From Azolla caroliniana (Eukaryota; Plantae; Polypodiophyta), in the NCBI GenBank assembly GCA_043228905.1, contig JBHGNT010000002.1, forward strand, positions 21,080,001 to 21,144,000: a DNA stretch of 64,000 nt, in the 5' to 3' direction. Under the pieces are notes generated by a model, which saw only the letters and a program-made list of their open reading frames with translations, did not search any database and was not told the DNA's origin. The stretch's first letter is position 1. The number at the start of each line of letters is the position of its first letter. A program made the translations under genes and the position numbers. Below are positions 1 to 13,885 of this stretch, piece by piece.

Positions 1-934
1 ATCATATTTTAGTCTATGTAGCTAGAATTCAATGCAATGCATTAAAATGCAAGAGTATTTTTTTAATGGAAATTTTTAAAAAATTCCAAGACTTACAGGA
101 ATCTGATGCATTATATCCAATTCTAGATGTATAGATTAAAATTCGACATGTTGCATCAAATCTAGATGGAATGAATCAGATTTCTGTACGACATCAAAGG
201 CTTACTATGAGAATCTTTAAGACATTTTTTAGATTCTAATGATTTTGGTAGAAAGCTTCTCTCACATAATCTAATCTTGTAAATGGAAAGTACATAATGA
301 AATATCATAACCAAAAAGTGAGGAGGAAAGATGCATCAAGCACATCTACTCTTACATTGGATAATGTTTATATATTAGTGTATGACTTATCTTTGACCAA
401 AACAAGTTATCTGTGACAGACCACAATGAAGATACTAAAAGAGGATCTGGAATGTGGCTTCAGACACAACACAAAGACAAAGAAGAAGCATGGCTCATAA
501 ACTCGATGAGGTTGGATTGCAATTGGATCAACACAATGCATTAGTTGCCATTGATGATGAGGATGAGACCTCATAAACTCATACTAGTTCATCTAATGGG
601 TATGAAGATGATGACATAAACTTGAAAAATGATTGTCCTGATACGTTAACGATAAATATTGTATTGCACATCAAGATTTGGATTCAGAATTTCTATAAAT
701 ATTGGGGTTAGTCATTTTGGACATTCATTTGTAAGTTTGGCATGTCCATTATTTAGGCATTTTTTTGAACACCTAAATTTCTGTACATGTTAAAAATCAA
801 TATATTTTTGGGTCATTTTTAAAATTCCTTTACGCATGCAACACCCCTTATTGTGAATCACCCTAATTTGTGTCATTTTTTGATGGACAGTTCTCAAAAT
901 GGGACATATTACCTGTTTCAAATGTCCTGGTGTT
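1..934 (+). mobile_element. 3' end of a DNA transposon (decayed transposase C-terminus plus terminus)
   Basis: ~330-640 encodes STSTLTLDNVYILVYDLSLTKT..VGLQLD..NALVAIDDEDET, homologous to ORF 14765-15340. It ends in ...TTTCAAATGTCCTGGTGTT at 934, exactly where the Gypsy pol (EFAEAF) is cut. Confidence 0.75.
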
Positions 935-2241
935 AAATGCTTCTGCAAACTCATTGATACTTAGACCAATCCTAGCATTGCGGATCGTAACTTTATTCAC
1001 TGGTTGAAGATCTTGTATAAACCTTAAGGTTCCATTCTTCTTTGGTACCGTGAACCAGTTATTCGAGTAAGGGGCATTTGATGGCTCCAGAATTCCCATC
1101 TCAACCTTCTCTTTCAAGAGCTTGATTAATTTTGGAATGTTCGCTCTTGGGACTGGTATTGGCTTCAGGTTCCACGACACATGTGGTATTGTGAATACCA
1201 TAATCGGTTTTATCATCCTTGGATTGGTGCATCCTATTTCATTTGGATGGAATGCAAATGCTTTCCCATGTCTTTTGAGCATTTCCCAAAATGCGACTTC
1301 CTCTTCTAGCAACAAAAAATCATCTTTCTCGGCACGAAACTTTTCTCTTGTCTCTTTACTGAAGGCATGTCTGATTCCTCTCGGATCCCATAGGCTTGGA
1401 TCTTGTGCAACTTCATTCATCCTTTGACAACTATCCTCAAATAGTAAAATAGCAACATGCTTTACTTTCTTGTCCACTGTTTTGTATTTCGTATTAGCTT
1501 CGACATTCTCTGCCATGATACTTTGATTATACTCGTCAATGGCGACATACATCTCGATGGAGTTTATCTGAATTGATCGCTAGCTACGAGGGCCCAAGTT
1601 CACGAAATTCTCCATTCCTCCAATGGTGTTGTTAAATGAGGCTTCCTCCATAACCCATTCGATGCTTTCATCACTTTCCAATATTTGTTCTTCTCGTAAA
1701 GCTTCCTTGAAGCTTTGCATCGGAGACTTCTCTTCTTTGTCAAACGTGTTGATTTTGCACACTCCATTAGGGGCTACGTACAACCCTCCTTTTGCAAATT
1801 CGAACTTTTCTTTCTTCTTGGGGCATACACTTCTTTGGACTATTCACACTCCGCTTGCAACCTGAAGCATCTTCTCCGAGACTATCCCGATTCCTTTCAT
1901 GATTGGCACGTATAGTCAAGAACTGTACGGCCTTCTTCCCATCAAGACTCCTTATTCGAGAAAATGCCGCACCATTATCGAATACTTTGGTTTCCATACG
2001 GGATGATATTATGTAGAATTTCCCAAGAATGATAGGATGGGATGTTGAATCTTGAACAAAAAAATGTTGATCTATCTCGACGTTGCCAATCATCATGGGG
2101 ATATTAGGACATGCACCATAGAGGTCTTCGGTAGATTTCGTTGCCGCATGGATCTTCCACCCATGATTCGTATTTATGGGCCATCTTCCCTTTTTGTAGA
2201 CCTCAGTCGATATAAGGTTGATCTTGTACCCATGGTCTATT
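1..2241. repeat. Segmental repeat, left copy (DNA-transposon end plus Gypsy junction)
   Basis: Near-identical to 61740-64000. The right copy has a 20-bp insertion, and ORF 863-1552 differs from ORF 62622-63311 by one residue. Confidence 0.95.
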
Positions 2242-5200
2242 AAAGCTACGACTGTATCTTTTCTCTCTCCCAACTTTACTAACATCTCCGTCGTCGCTCG
2301 TGCCCAATGAGGCCGAGTATAATGGTTGTCCACCATATCATTATTGACTTCATCCCCTGCCATCGTTATGGATTTTTCTTTTGCTTCTTATGGCTTCTCT
2401 TCTTCCCCATCTGACTTTCGCCTTTTTCTCCTTCAAGGTCCACGATCGTACCATGAAATTCCTTCTTCCTAATGCCAAACAATTCCCTCAAGGACAAGGT
2501 CACATGGCTATCAAGAACACGGTCCTTGAGAATTTTCTTCAAATTGGTCATTTGTGCTATGTCCGACCATAGGTTATAGGTAGGCATAGTTCTTGTCTTC
2601 CGAGCGAGGTCTTCGACGTCAACCCTCATGAGCCGAACCATTTCTTCGACTCGTTTGCTCGACTCCCCTTTCCGGCTTGAGTCTCCATCCTTCGTTCGTA
2701 AAGCTCGACTTGCCTCTGCATCTTCTTTCTTTTCTGTGCTCCTTGTTTCATGTCTTTTTGATGGGTTTTCTTGCTCTTCTATTCTTTTTCTCTTTTCATC
2801 CACGAGCACCTCGTGCTTGTGACACATCACTTCTGCAAGTATGGTGTTGTCATCTAATGGATCCGACCATCCAGTTATCTTTGCACACTTTGGTCCACAA
2901 GCTCTACATCGTCTGAAGTAACTTTGCCCTTTTTCTTACACTCTAGAACAGAAGACCAAAACTTTCCCAACTCTTATTCCGGTCAATGCAGCATAGTGCA
3001 TCGCATCCACATGAGTCGCGTCGGCATCTTACGTAACTTTCTTCATTCCCCCTCTTCCGAAATTCACCCTCAAGGGTCTTCTGGTTTCATTCGAGCAGAT
3101 CATGTTGCCATCCATGTATAGGATATTTTGTCGAAAGGCCTCTCGAAGGGTCGAACAGACCCTTCTCATGTGGTCCATGTTGTCGCACCACACACATCTA
3201 AAGGGTTCTTTTCCTTTCGGGCCTCGACGATTCATGTTCGCTAGTGTGACTGTCTCGAACTTCTTCTCTCCAATTCTTCAATGATGTCATCATCAATCTT
3301 CTTTTCATCTGGGTTGCTTTGTTTGGGCGACTCAGTCACCTTTGGTTATCTCCGTTCCCCCCCCCCCCCCCCTCAATCCTGCCAAGTCAGTGTCATGAAC
3401 CCATTGACGACGCTTGTCGAGCCTGTTGCATGCTCACTTCACTGCAATCCAGTCTGCCACAAGCCCCTTCTCTTGGGTATCATCTTCGAGGAGAGTCTAG
3501 AATTCTCGTCTATCCTTCATATCCACAGCTTTCAAGAAGTAAAAAGTCTTGTCCTCCTCAAGCAGCACTTCGTTCGTGGCGGGGAGATGATTAAACATCT
3601 GGTCAAACTCGTCGTATAACCTTGTTATCCATGGGACAAAAAGATAAATTAGTTAAATATAATACGACGGTAGGTAAGGTTAGTAGGTGAGGAAGGTAGA
3701 GTTTAGGAAAACGCCGAGCTTCGAGCCTCACAGTCAGTCGACGGCTCGGCTTTGTATGAACAAAAAGTATATAAACCGAGGTCTGCGTACCTCGGCAAGG
3801 GGGGCTACCTAGATCATTCTGAGCGAGGGTAATATCATAGGAGCAAGCTCTGTACATATTGTTTCCAGTTGAGGTGGAGTATTGTAATCGCTGTAAGCTT
3901 TATCATGAAATATAAGTTTCGTCTTTTCTAAACTTCTATTTGTGTATTCTCCCCGTACTCGTAAATCGGGCTACGTTCATACTTAACGGGTTGTAGCTCG
4001 TGTACGATCCGTGTTCTCCATTTTTTCCCCCGTGTAGAAGAAGCTTCCACGTAACACGATCCCTTGACATCGATAGCTTGTGGGCTCATCGAAGGTGTTT
4101 TCCAAAGGAACGGATAACAACCCTCCAAAGGTGTTCTCCACCAAGGAAACAAAGGGAGAAGATTTTGGCGCTCTAATGGGTGAAATCAAACCTCACGAGG
4201 ATCAAGCCTTACAAAAGATAGGACGGAAGAAGCAAGCATAGAATGCTTCGCTCCTCATGGAACTACCAGATCTGAACATGGCCTTAGTTGAGGCATATCG
4301 CAATCTACACCACACTACTCAGGCAGCCAAGGACATGGCCTGACATATCAAAACGGTCCATCAGCAAGCCAAACGGGCTACTGAGCTATGGCAAGCTGCC
4401 GAGGAGAAACTTGCGACATTCAAGCAGCAACAACCGCCCTTAAGCCTCCTTGCGCAGAGTGACGTTGTCTCACCAGCCACTCTTCCGAACCTGAGCCCGA
4501 GTGCTGAAGGTACCACCCACCCCAGGGTAGCCACGGTCGAGGCCAGCACAATGAAGGACTCGGTACAGACAAGTGAACCATTGTCACGAGCAGATATGAG
4601 CCTGCACCCCCAAACCAGCCAAGCCTCCACGCAAACGCCACCACCCTCCGTTGTCATGGAACGATCTACACAGATAGACAGGGAGCCCTCGCCCCAAATC
4701 CAGCAAGCGGCAACCTAGACAGGGCCTCCTCTCCAGGACTACCAGGAGGAGCTTCAGGCCCAGATCGCTCTGGCCGAGTTGGCAGAACAGAACCACAATA
4801 ACATTCTTGGCCAGCTAAGGGAACAAGCCACAAGCCGCGAAGCGAACCTCAAGCGACTGCTTGCTGAAAGGTCGGGCGCGCTTGAAGTATGAGAATGAGA
4901 GGTGATGACCCTTCAGGTCTCTATCATTGAGGCCAAAGAATGTTTCCTCAAAGAAGCCGAGTGGAATAGCCAACGGGAACAAGAGCTCTTGGAGAACAAC
5001 CAAGAATTACGACGTCATCAAAGAGCCTTACAAGACATGGCCAACGAACATATGCAAAAATGGAGGATTTCGGAAGAGCAAAGGGAAAAAATTTCCGATG
5101 CCTATCACCAGTTGCAAACCGAGCACCTCGCCGCTAAAGAACAACATCGGGATGCTTGGCGACAGGACATGGACGAAATTGTAGCTCAGATCACCACACG

Positions 5201-6884
5201 CTATGAGCAGACAATCACGCTCATCACCGAGAAAGCAAAGGATAATCAAGCTACTTTAGCTACTTTAGCACTCCTCATCTGCAAAAGCTAAGTAAAAGCC
5301 AGCATGGAAGGCAATGGAAGTTCACCACGGTAGCATCAACATGGATGATACTAAAATCAAGATCCTAATCAACAAGTATCGCCAACAATTCACCATGAAG
5401 ATCAAAGAAATGCTTGACCATGTCTGGCAGGGGTGGTCAACCCAAGCCGCGGACCTACACATACTACGCGCGGATGCCGAGAACCGACGGAAGGAGGGCC
5501 GAGGTTTTTACAAGATGGATGACACCAGCATCCAGACCCTCCGCGAGGACTTAACGGAGGAATATCATGCCTTAGCAGCTTCCCACACCGCGGCCATGGA
5601 GCAACTCTTAGAGGAATTCAACGACGATCTAATGGTGTTTCGCTTAGAAGCCAAAGCGTACAAGGAGGAATGACTCGATACAGTGATTAACAGAGCTCCC
5701 ACAACCACCGAGCAAGGACCCGAGTCAACCACCACGGCAGTTAGACCGGAGAAACCTGCCCCTACAGACCTCGACATCCCACCCGAGCCACAGACTATAA
5801 CCCCGACCCTGCCTTAATCGGTGCCAACAGAGGAGGGCACAAACGACGACACCGTCATCCCCAATTCGGCAACACAACCTCCATCACAACCTCCAAAGCG
5901 TACAAGGAGGAATGACTCGATACAGTGATTAACAGAGCTCCCACAACCACCGAGCAAGGACCCGAGTCAACCACCACGGCAGTTAGACCGGAGAAACCTG
6001 CCCCTACAGACCTCGACATCCCACCCGAGCCACAGACTATAACCCCACCTGCCGAGCAGCCAGACCAACCCCACGCCCCCGAGGATATCCTCGGCATATT
6101 GGAAGAGTTATAAAACCAACCTATAAGCCCTCGTAGGAACGGGCAATTTTTGTAATTTGTGTTGTTTTGCCAAATCCTTGTCCATGTGACAAAAGGATAA
6201 ATTAGTTAAATATAATACGCCGGTAGGTAAGGTTAGTAGGTGAGGAAGGTAGAGTTTAAGAAAACGCCGAGCTTCAAGCCTCACAGTCAGCCGACGGCTC
6301 GGCTCTGTATGAACAAAAAGTATATAAACCGAGGTCTGCGTACCTCGGCAGGGGGGGATACCTAGATCATTCTGAGGGAGGGTAATATCATAGGAGCAAG
6401 CTTTGTACGTACTATTTCCGGATGAGGCCGATTATTGTAATCGTTCTAAGCTTTATCATGAAATATAAGTTTCGTCTTTTCTAAACTTCTATCTGTGTAT
6501 TCTCCCCGTACTCGTAAATCGGGCTACGTTCATACTTAACAGGTTGTGGCCTATGTACGATCCGTGTTCTGCTTTTTTTCCCCCGTGTAGAAGAAGCTTC
6601 CACGTAACACGGTCCCTTGACACCGATAGCTTGTGAGCTCATCAAAGATGTTTTCCAAAGGAACGGATAACAACCCTCAAGGCGCTCATCTTCTTATTTT
6701 TCTTCTTTATCCACTTCATAAAGAAATGTCGAGTCATTCTCGACAAATCTTCCGTCGTGAACTCTACTAATATTTCTTTCTCGAACTCGTACCATGTTGT
6801 CTTCCCTTCTTGAAGCTCGATGACCCGCCTTTGCACGTTGTTGGCGACAACTCTCTTGAAACTTGAGATTTGACGTTGTCATGT
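935..6884 (-). mobile_element. Truncated Gypsy (non-chromovirus) gag-pro-RT remnant, interrupted by a nested element at 3623-6672
   Basis: Zinc knuckle CVWCDNMDHMRRVC, protease region ALIDHG, and RT N-terminus YSNNWFTVPKKNGTLRFIQDLQPVN. Same family as 52188-60240. Confidence 0.88.
3623..6672 (+). mobile_element. Non-autonomous LTR-like element with ~495-bp direct terminal repeats and a decayed coiled-coil ORF
   Basis: Repeats at 3623-4119 and ~6179-6672 (TGTTATCC...GGATAACA), with an imperfect 5-bp TSD (AACCT/ACCCT). Removing the element restores host gag LRVYDEFD. The internal ORF (~4177-5673) has CAG>TAG and CGA>TGA stops, and there is an internal ~155-bp duplication (5651-5806/5893-6047). 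No pol. Confidence 0.8.
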
Positions 6885-7222
6885 TGTTATGTGTGCGCGT
6901 AGGAAACTAAGGCAGAACTGTAGCGGCCCTGAACCGAGGAGTGAGCGAAAGAAGAGGGAGAAGAGAAGAGAAACGATGGAATGGCAAAAACCGGGGAAAT
7001 GCAACTCAAGAAGAACCAATTACTACAAGTAAGTGATTACAACCCTGTTGAGATTAGAACCGGCGTGCTGGCGATCAATCAAACACACTCACACACACAC
7101 ACCTAGGGATACACAATGGGGCCCTGCCGAAAGCACATGGGCTTCCCACGCAAGCGGACGCAAAAAACACCCCGTCCTCCGAAATGCCCATTTTTATAGG
7201 CCGCTGAGCGTGGGCTGTTACA
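6885..7222. mobile_element. Possible LTR fragment (TGTTA...TTACA)
   Basis: TG...CA ends and GA/CA-rich content between two unrelated retroelements. No TSD. Confidence 0.3.
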
Positions 7223-7299
7223 TCCTAGTTACATCACCTTTTATTCTCTGTCCCTTCAGATAGAGATACGCCTTGATTTGCTAATCCTATTAATATGTT

Positions 7300-10200
7300 T
7301 ATATTTACATCACGCTGACCTATTCTTAAATAAGGTACATTAACTTAAATTGGGCCGGCTCGGACTTCGTTCTCGAAGGTTCGTCTTCATTCTTTCCAAA
7401 GTCGGATTTGCTCCGATCCGACTCGTCTCTACCGGTGGCGTATTCCGGTGTGAACCGTCTCCTCGGTTCCTTGTGTGAGGAGAGCACGATAGACTCTCGA
7501 CTACTCACTGGCTCATCATCGGACTGGTCATTTTGACTCAGTCGCTCATCCGGCCAACTTAGCTGGAATGAGATCGGACACTCATCTAGAATACCAAATC
7601 CATCTTCATTCGGATCGTTTCGGGCTCATTGGCCTCGTCCTCCGGAATCGGGTCGGAGTCGTATATCAGAGTTTGTTAAGAGTATCATGATGCCAACTCA
7701 TCAAATTCGACATCTCGGCTCACTCAAACTTGTTTTGTTTTGGGGTTATAGCTCTTATAACCCTTTTGCTCATGTGAGTAGCCGACAAGGATGCACTTCT
7801 CCGAGTTCGGGTCCAGCTTTCTCCGCTTCTCATCCGACACATGCATTAATGCAATGCTACCAAATATCTTAAGATGCCTTAAATTCAGCTTCCGCCTGAA
7901 ATACAGCTCGTGTGCTGACACCTTATCCCCGATCCGGTTTTGGATGTAGACAGCCGCTTCGGCCCAGTAGAACTTGGGCATGCTCTTCTCTTCCAACATT
8001 GCCCGTGTTGCCTCCACAATTGACCAGTTCTTCCTTTCGGCCACACCATTTTGTTCTGGTGTGTATCGACAGCTGAATTCCCTCCGAATTCCTTTCTGCT
8101 GCAGATAATTGTTGAATTGGCCGAAAAAATATTCTTTTCCGCCATTCGACCGCAAGCACTTGATTGTCCTCTCTGTTTTCCGTTGTACAAGATTTTGCAA
8201 GTTCCAGAAATAATCGAAAACTTTGTTTTTCCTTTCAATTAGGTAGACCCATGTGTGTCAGCTGTAGTCGTTGATGAAGGAGACAAAATATCTGCTTCCG
8301 CCAAGACTAACGTTCTGTGTTAGTCCTGATACATCTGAATGTATTAGATCGAGCTTGTTACGGCTTCGGTTTCTTTCAGTGGGGAATGGAAGTTCGTGTT
8401 GCTTCCCGAGCTGATAGACTTTACAAATTTGGGCCTTCCAGCCACTAAATTTTGGCAATCCGAAAACAACATGTTTCGATTGTAGGTCTTGAAGCCTCTG
8501 ATAGATGACGTGGCTGATCCACTTGTGCCACATGTGGATATCCGTTTCGACCTTACGTGCTTTTTCGAACATGGCGATGACAAAGCAACTCCTGTACCTG
8601 CACTCTTGCAAAATTATTCAGCCTTCTTCCTAGATGAAGCACCCAAGGTGCATAAACCGCACTTGTATCCCCTGGTCAACGATCTGCCCGACCAACACCA
8701 GGTTCTTTGTGATTGTCGAAACATTTAATACTTTCATTTGCTTTCCCTTTTTTCCGACATGCCTTAAAGGGACTTCTCCGACATGCACAATGGGGTGAGG
8801 AGTGTCGTTTTCGGTTCCTAAACTCCCGGTTGCTCCAGCTTTTCCGAAAATATGAACCACTGTTCACGGCTCGTCATGTGGTTTGATGCTCTTAAGTCAA
8901 CGTACCACACTTCTCCCGATCCAGAAGGGGTCTTCTTCATTGAGTTCGCCTTGTGCTTCATCACAAAGGCTGGCCCTTTTTCGGTCTTACCGGTTCCTGA
9001 TCCTTCTGATGCTTCTGCGTAGTGCGAGCTTTGTCAGTTCCCTTGTCCGATCTTGCCGTATCCAGATTTATCTCAATCGGAGTGCTTTTTCTAGCACTCG
9101 CTTTCCCGGTGGCGTTTCTTGCCACAGTAGTAGCATTCCGTGCCAGTTTTCCCTTGCCGGTTTCTGCGACGCTTTAACTCCCGCCGCTTGTGGCGGGTTT
9201 GGAACTGCTATCGACACTATCTTTGTGCCTTGGGTTCCGCTCTTGTCGGCCGCCTGCATTGCATGCCGACCACCTCATTCTCCATGCCCATAGGCCCAAT
9301 CCACCTCTATGTAAAACATCTAGTTGTCCGAATGAGTGGTCCTTGACACACTCGCATGGTTTCCTTTGAATTGCCATGTGGATTTACCCCTACCGTTGTG
9401 CTAGACCACCTAGCCAGATCTCATCCTCATCCAATGTCACGTTGTTAGAACTGAGCGCGTCGTAGATCTCCTTAGTCTTGGTGGTGTAGTCGGTGACCGA
9501 CATGTCCTATTGTCAAATACTGTTGAGCTCTTGCCGGAGCTGCAACTTCCGCGCCGTGGTACTTGTGATGAAAATCTTCTGGAGATTTTCCCAGGACTCC
9601 TTCTATGACTTTGCATCTTTGATGTAGCCTAGCATCTGGTCGTGCACATAGGATGCGAGGCAATACAACACTCGGCTCGCTCCTTGCTCCCATACCGGGA
9701 AGTTCTTGTGTGCCGAATTCGGTGTTTCTACATTTGCTCCTTCCATGTAGCTCCAGTATCCGTTGTCCAGGAGGTACTGATGCATTTTATACGACCAGGA
9801 TGCATAGTTGCTCCGGTCGAGCTTTTCTGTTGGAAGGAAGCTTGCCATGCTTCATGTCCATACCTTCTCTTTTCGGTCTGTTCTTTTACCAATCGTTAGG
9901 TTTTTTCTTTAGAAAAAATAACTTTTCTTTGCAACAGAGGTTCTGAACCCTCACGCTTTGATACCATGTAAAAGTTTATATGAGGAAGCTTTGACAAACC
10001 GGTTTATTTGAATAGCAACAGATAACAGACACAAGGTGTAATGGAAGCTTCAATCATAGAGATATAGAGTGGGAGAGAGAATGAGAGAACAAAGCAACAT
10101 AAACTCAATTCATAATAATAATGCTCTGTATGTATAGTGTGCTCAATGAGCGCTTTTACACACATTCTTAAAAGGACTCATAGATGTGCTTAAAAGTACT

Positions 10201-10402
10201 TCAATGCTCATACGAGCGACTCACACATACTCCTAAAAGTATGCCTATGTACTAGCCTAGATTCGTAGGCCTCTAACGTCCTACTAGTTCCAATCCGATT
10301 CAACTCCTGGTTCTGGATACCATCTAGACATCGATCTGGTTCTTCGTTCCGGCTCTAGCTTGTTCAACCGATTTGGATCCGGTTGAGCTTGTCCACTCAA
10401 CA
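7300..10402 (-). mobile_element. Copia element, 5' part (5' LTR 10402-9967, PBS-iMet, gag, protease, GAG-pre-integrase, integrase), 3'-truncated
   Basis: PBS TGGTATCAAAGC follows the LTR end. gag MASFLPTEKLDRSNYASWSYKM; integrase LDLIHSDV..RYFVSFINDYS..IKCLRSNGGKEY..TPEQNGVAERKN. Confidence 0.9.
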
Positions 10403-12475
10403 TGAAATAACGGAGGACGACTCGACATCGAATGACCAAGCTGATTGAAGAAATCGAACTGACAAAATCAGCACCTAGGAGATCCAGACAAGTCTGAAGG
10501 CCTACAGAGTTCTATCAACCAGGCCTCGACTATGTCTACTACACAGGCGAAGGAGAACCGAGCTCCTACGAGGAAGCCATAGTTGCGTGAGACACCGACA
10601 CATGGCTACAAGCCATGAAATCCAAAATGGATGTGATTCATCAGAACCAAACATGGGAGTTGGTAGAACTACTAGCCGGAAGGAAACCGCTACCCTGCAA
10701 ATGGTTTTTTAGATAAAAATATGTATTTGATTCAGAGAAGCCCAAATACAAAGTTCCGCTCCTCGCAAAGGGATTCAAACAAGAACACGGTGTCGTGTGG
10801 TTTTCCACACACAATATGAAAACTAGTAAAATAAGTATTTAAGATTAGCTTAATGGCTTGATATGGAAAGATAGATGTCTTGAAAAGCTTCATAACGCAT
10901 TTTACTACACATGAAACGGATAAGTAAGTATTAAGTTATGTGAATATAGAGTTTGAGAAGATAAGGAAAATAGAATTGTGAAATATCCCACATAGATCTA
11001 TCTATATAAGCAGATTGAGAACCATTAGTTTCCATCTATGTGTTGAGAGCACAAAAGGAATAGTTGGACTTGGACCAATTTGTCTACATGGACAAATGTG
11101 GCTAAAGAAACGGCGACTGAATAGAGCCGACAATCGGATAGAACCGGCAACAAAGCCGAGAATCGAAAACTATATGGAGCCGGCAACTGGATAGAACCGA
11201 CAACAAAGCTGGGAACCGGAAACTAGATAGAACCGGCAACAAAGTCGGGAACTGGAAACCGAAAACCGAAAACCGGATAGAGCCGGCAATCGGAAACTGG
11301 CAATCGGACGGAGTCGGCAATCATCAACCGGACGACGACGGAACGGAAACCGGATGCGGACCGGACGGATCGGATGGGCGACGGTCGAGATGGACGAATG
11401 ATAGGATCATGTGGCGAATTAAAGTAAAGTAAAGTAAAGGCGAAGCAACTAAATAAAAAGAGGCCATGCAACTAAAAAAAAAGGCCAAGCAACTAAAAAT
11501 GGAGGCCATGCAACTAAAAGCGGACGCATGCAAAGGATCATGGGAGGCTATGATCAACGAAGAACTCCATGTATATTCCATTCTTTTCCTCCACTTTATC
11601 CTCTCTCCATTTTTTTTTCTTTTCTTTCTCAGCTTCCTTATCTTATCAAAGCCATAACACTCAAAAACCCTAATTTTCCCTACGGAAGCGATATCTCTCG
11701 TATAACCTAATTCTAATTTTCCCTACGGAAGCCATAACACTCAAAAACCCTAATTTTCCCTACGGAAGTCATATCTCTCAAAACCCCTAATTTTTCTTTT
11801 CTATTAATCTCAGTAAACCTAAAACTTCGGAATCCCAATCTTGGGACATATTGTAATTTCTTTTACTTTGTTAATGAAAATTATTAAATTTCATATTTCC
11901 GTTCATTGTTAAAAATATAAACGCACGAATGTGATATCCTTTATCGGAGGCCCCAAGGTCCTGCCTCAAGTTCACGTATCCTCGTCGTATTTTCGCAACA
12001 ACGGGGTTGACTATGATGAGATATTCTCTCCAATAGTCAAGATGACCACCCTTCGGTTCCTACTCGGGGTCATGGTGGCAAAGGATGTAGAGCAAGAGCA
12101 GATGGACGTAAAGACTACATTTGTACACAGAGATTTGGAAGAAGATATTTACATGTCTCAACCGACAGGCTTCATTGGACAGTGGGAGATTTAACCCCAA
12201 ATCATTTGTATACATACAAAAGAGTAGTCCTTTTATGGGGGAGTTTGTTGGCATAAAAGGTCGACTCCTTCCGCTTTGAATCTATAAGTGTGAACATGTC
12301 CGATAGTTAGGGCGTGACTACATAAGCTCTAACCTAACTTTGTATAAGTGAGTGTCTTGAGTCTTGGAGTGAAAGAGTTAGAGAGAGAAATAAGAACTTC
12401 CATTCGTGCTTGAAGTATGTCTATAATCATCTTCTTATTCCTATATATGTGGCATTTGTTGTGCATATATCAACA
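10403..12475 (+). mobile_element. Copia RT fragment with PPT and short 3' LTR (12246-12475), interrupted by a solo LTR
   Basis: EPSSYEEA..QTWELVEL..CKW..AKGFKQEHG|VDYDEIFSPIVKMTTLR..QMDVKT. PPT TGGGGGAG precedes TGTTGG...TCAACA. Confidence 0.8.
10791..12000 (+). mobile_element. Solo LTR of the tRNA-Trp-primed Gypsy family, 4-bp TSD ACGG
   Basis: TGTCGTG...CGCAACA, homologous to LTR 59181-60240. ACGG lies on both sides, and excision restores Copia QEHGVDY. Confidence 0.9.
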
Positions 12476-12649
12476 GGTTCTCACACATATTCTTCCGCGC
12501 ATTCTTTCATACATCATCCATCAATTCAGACACAGATGATTTTCGCTCAGCGAATTTGGCTATAGTTTTTCAAGCCAACCAATTTCGACTTATATCTTTT
12601 AGCCCAGCCGACTCGACTTTAATTCTTTGGCCCAAGCTGATTCGGCAAC

Positions 12650-13885
12650 TGAAGACAAAACTTAAGTGAAACCATGCCTTAATGGTTTAAACGGCTTGGT
12701 TCAGTTCAGTTCGATTTTAATGGTTTGAAATTGCGGTTAAAATGGTTTAACGGTTTGTAAAAAAAAATTATTTCAAAAATATTACTTGTTTTAAACAACC
12801 ATTTAATTTTAAGCCTAATTCTCACATTTTAGGAAAAATATTTAAAATTTTGAAAAATTAAAATTAGAAATAATGAAATCATTTTTAAATTTTAAATTGT
12901 AAAATTTGAATTGTGACCTACGTTGAAACGATGTCGTGAAAATCCACCACTACGTGCGGATCGTGAGGCGGAACCGCCAGGGTTATGGATTGGAAGGAAT
13001 TAGGGCTCATACGCATAACACAAGGAAGATTTACACATAACACATGTAGATGAAAGAAAAAATTAGTTTATGTCAAAATAATAGATTCTTTTAGTATAAG
13101 AATCATATTACAACGGTTTGGATGTGAATATAAAGGATTGTTTATAAAGGAATGGGGGAAGACAGGTGGAGAAAAGAAGAGACTGGAATATAGAAGGAGT
13201 TCCTTTGTTGATGACACCTCTTGATGTTGTTGACCCTTCTCCTTCCGCTCTCCAATTTAGTAGAGCTTCCACATCCCTTCTCCCTTCCCCCTTCTTCTTA
13301 AATGGAGCTCTTATTATAGGTTTAGGATTTCTTGCTTCCCTTCTTTTGTTTTCCCTCAAAGTTTGTCTATATGAATTGAGTTTCTTTTTATCACTATTTC
13401 TGTTTCGTAACATCAAATCTGACATGCAAGATATTCTTAGAAAGCTCTTTATGTTAGCTTTCTTATGCATATTTCCTTTTCTGATTTGGAAATTGGACGA
13501 GGAAATTAATAGCTTTTTACTCGACCTTGCTCCTCATATCGACGCCTAGCTTTTCTTTTCCCATCTTTTTCTCTACTTTTCTCTACTTTTGAAAACAACG
13601 TCTAACTTTTTATCCTTTCATTTATTACTATAGTTGATTTAACAACATTAGTTTATTTGGACTACTATTTTATTCTCTTTTGAGGGTGGTTTCACACTAT
13701 GTGTCGAAAACATCATGACAACGGTTTAATGGTTTAACGGTTTGGACTTTGACCTAATGGTTTTAGTTGAACGGTTTTGTGGTTCGGTTCAGTTTGGTTG
13801 AGGTCTCGAAATTTTTAAATGGTTTGGTTTGGATAGTCTTGAGCTTAATTGAACTAAACCGAACCTTTGTTGATTTTTATTGAAT
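12650..13885. mobile_element. DNA-transposon-like subterminal region rich in AACCG/CGGTT/GGTTT motifs (hAT-like), host of a solo LTR
   Basis: Clustered CGGTT/TGGTT motifs lie on both sides of the solo LTR. No transposase seen. Confidence 0.35.
12932..13720 (-). mobile_element. Solo LTR (related Gypsy family), TSD ACGA/ACGG
   Basis: Minus-strand ends TGTCATGATGTTTTCGACACA... and ...ATTTTCACGACA resemble the ends of LTRs 10791-12000 and 59181-60240. Confidence 0.75.

Noticed and set aside
13108-13549. Membrane-protein-like ORFs
   Set aside because: They lie inside a solo LTR and arise from CT-rich sequence.
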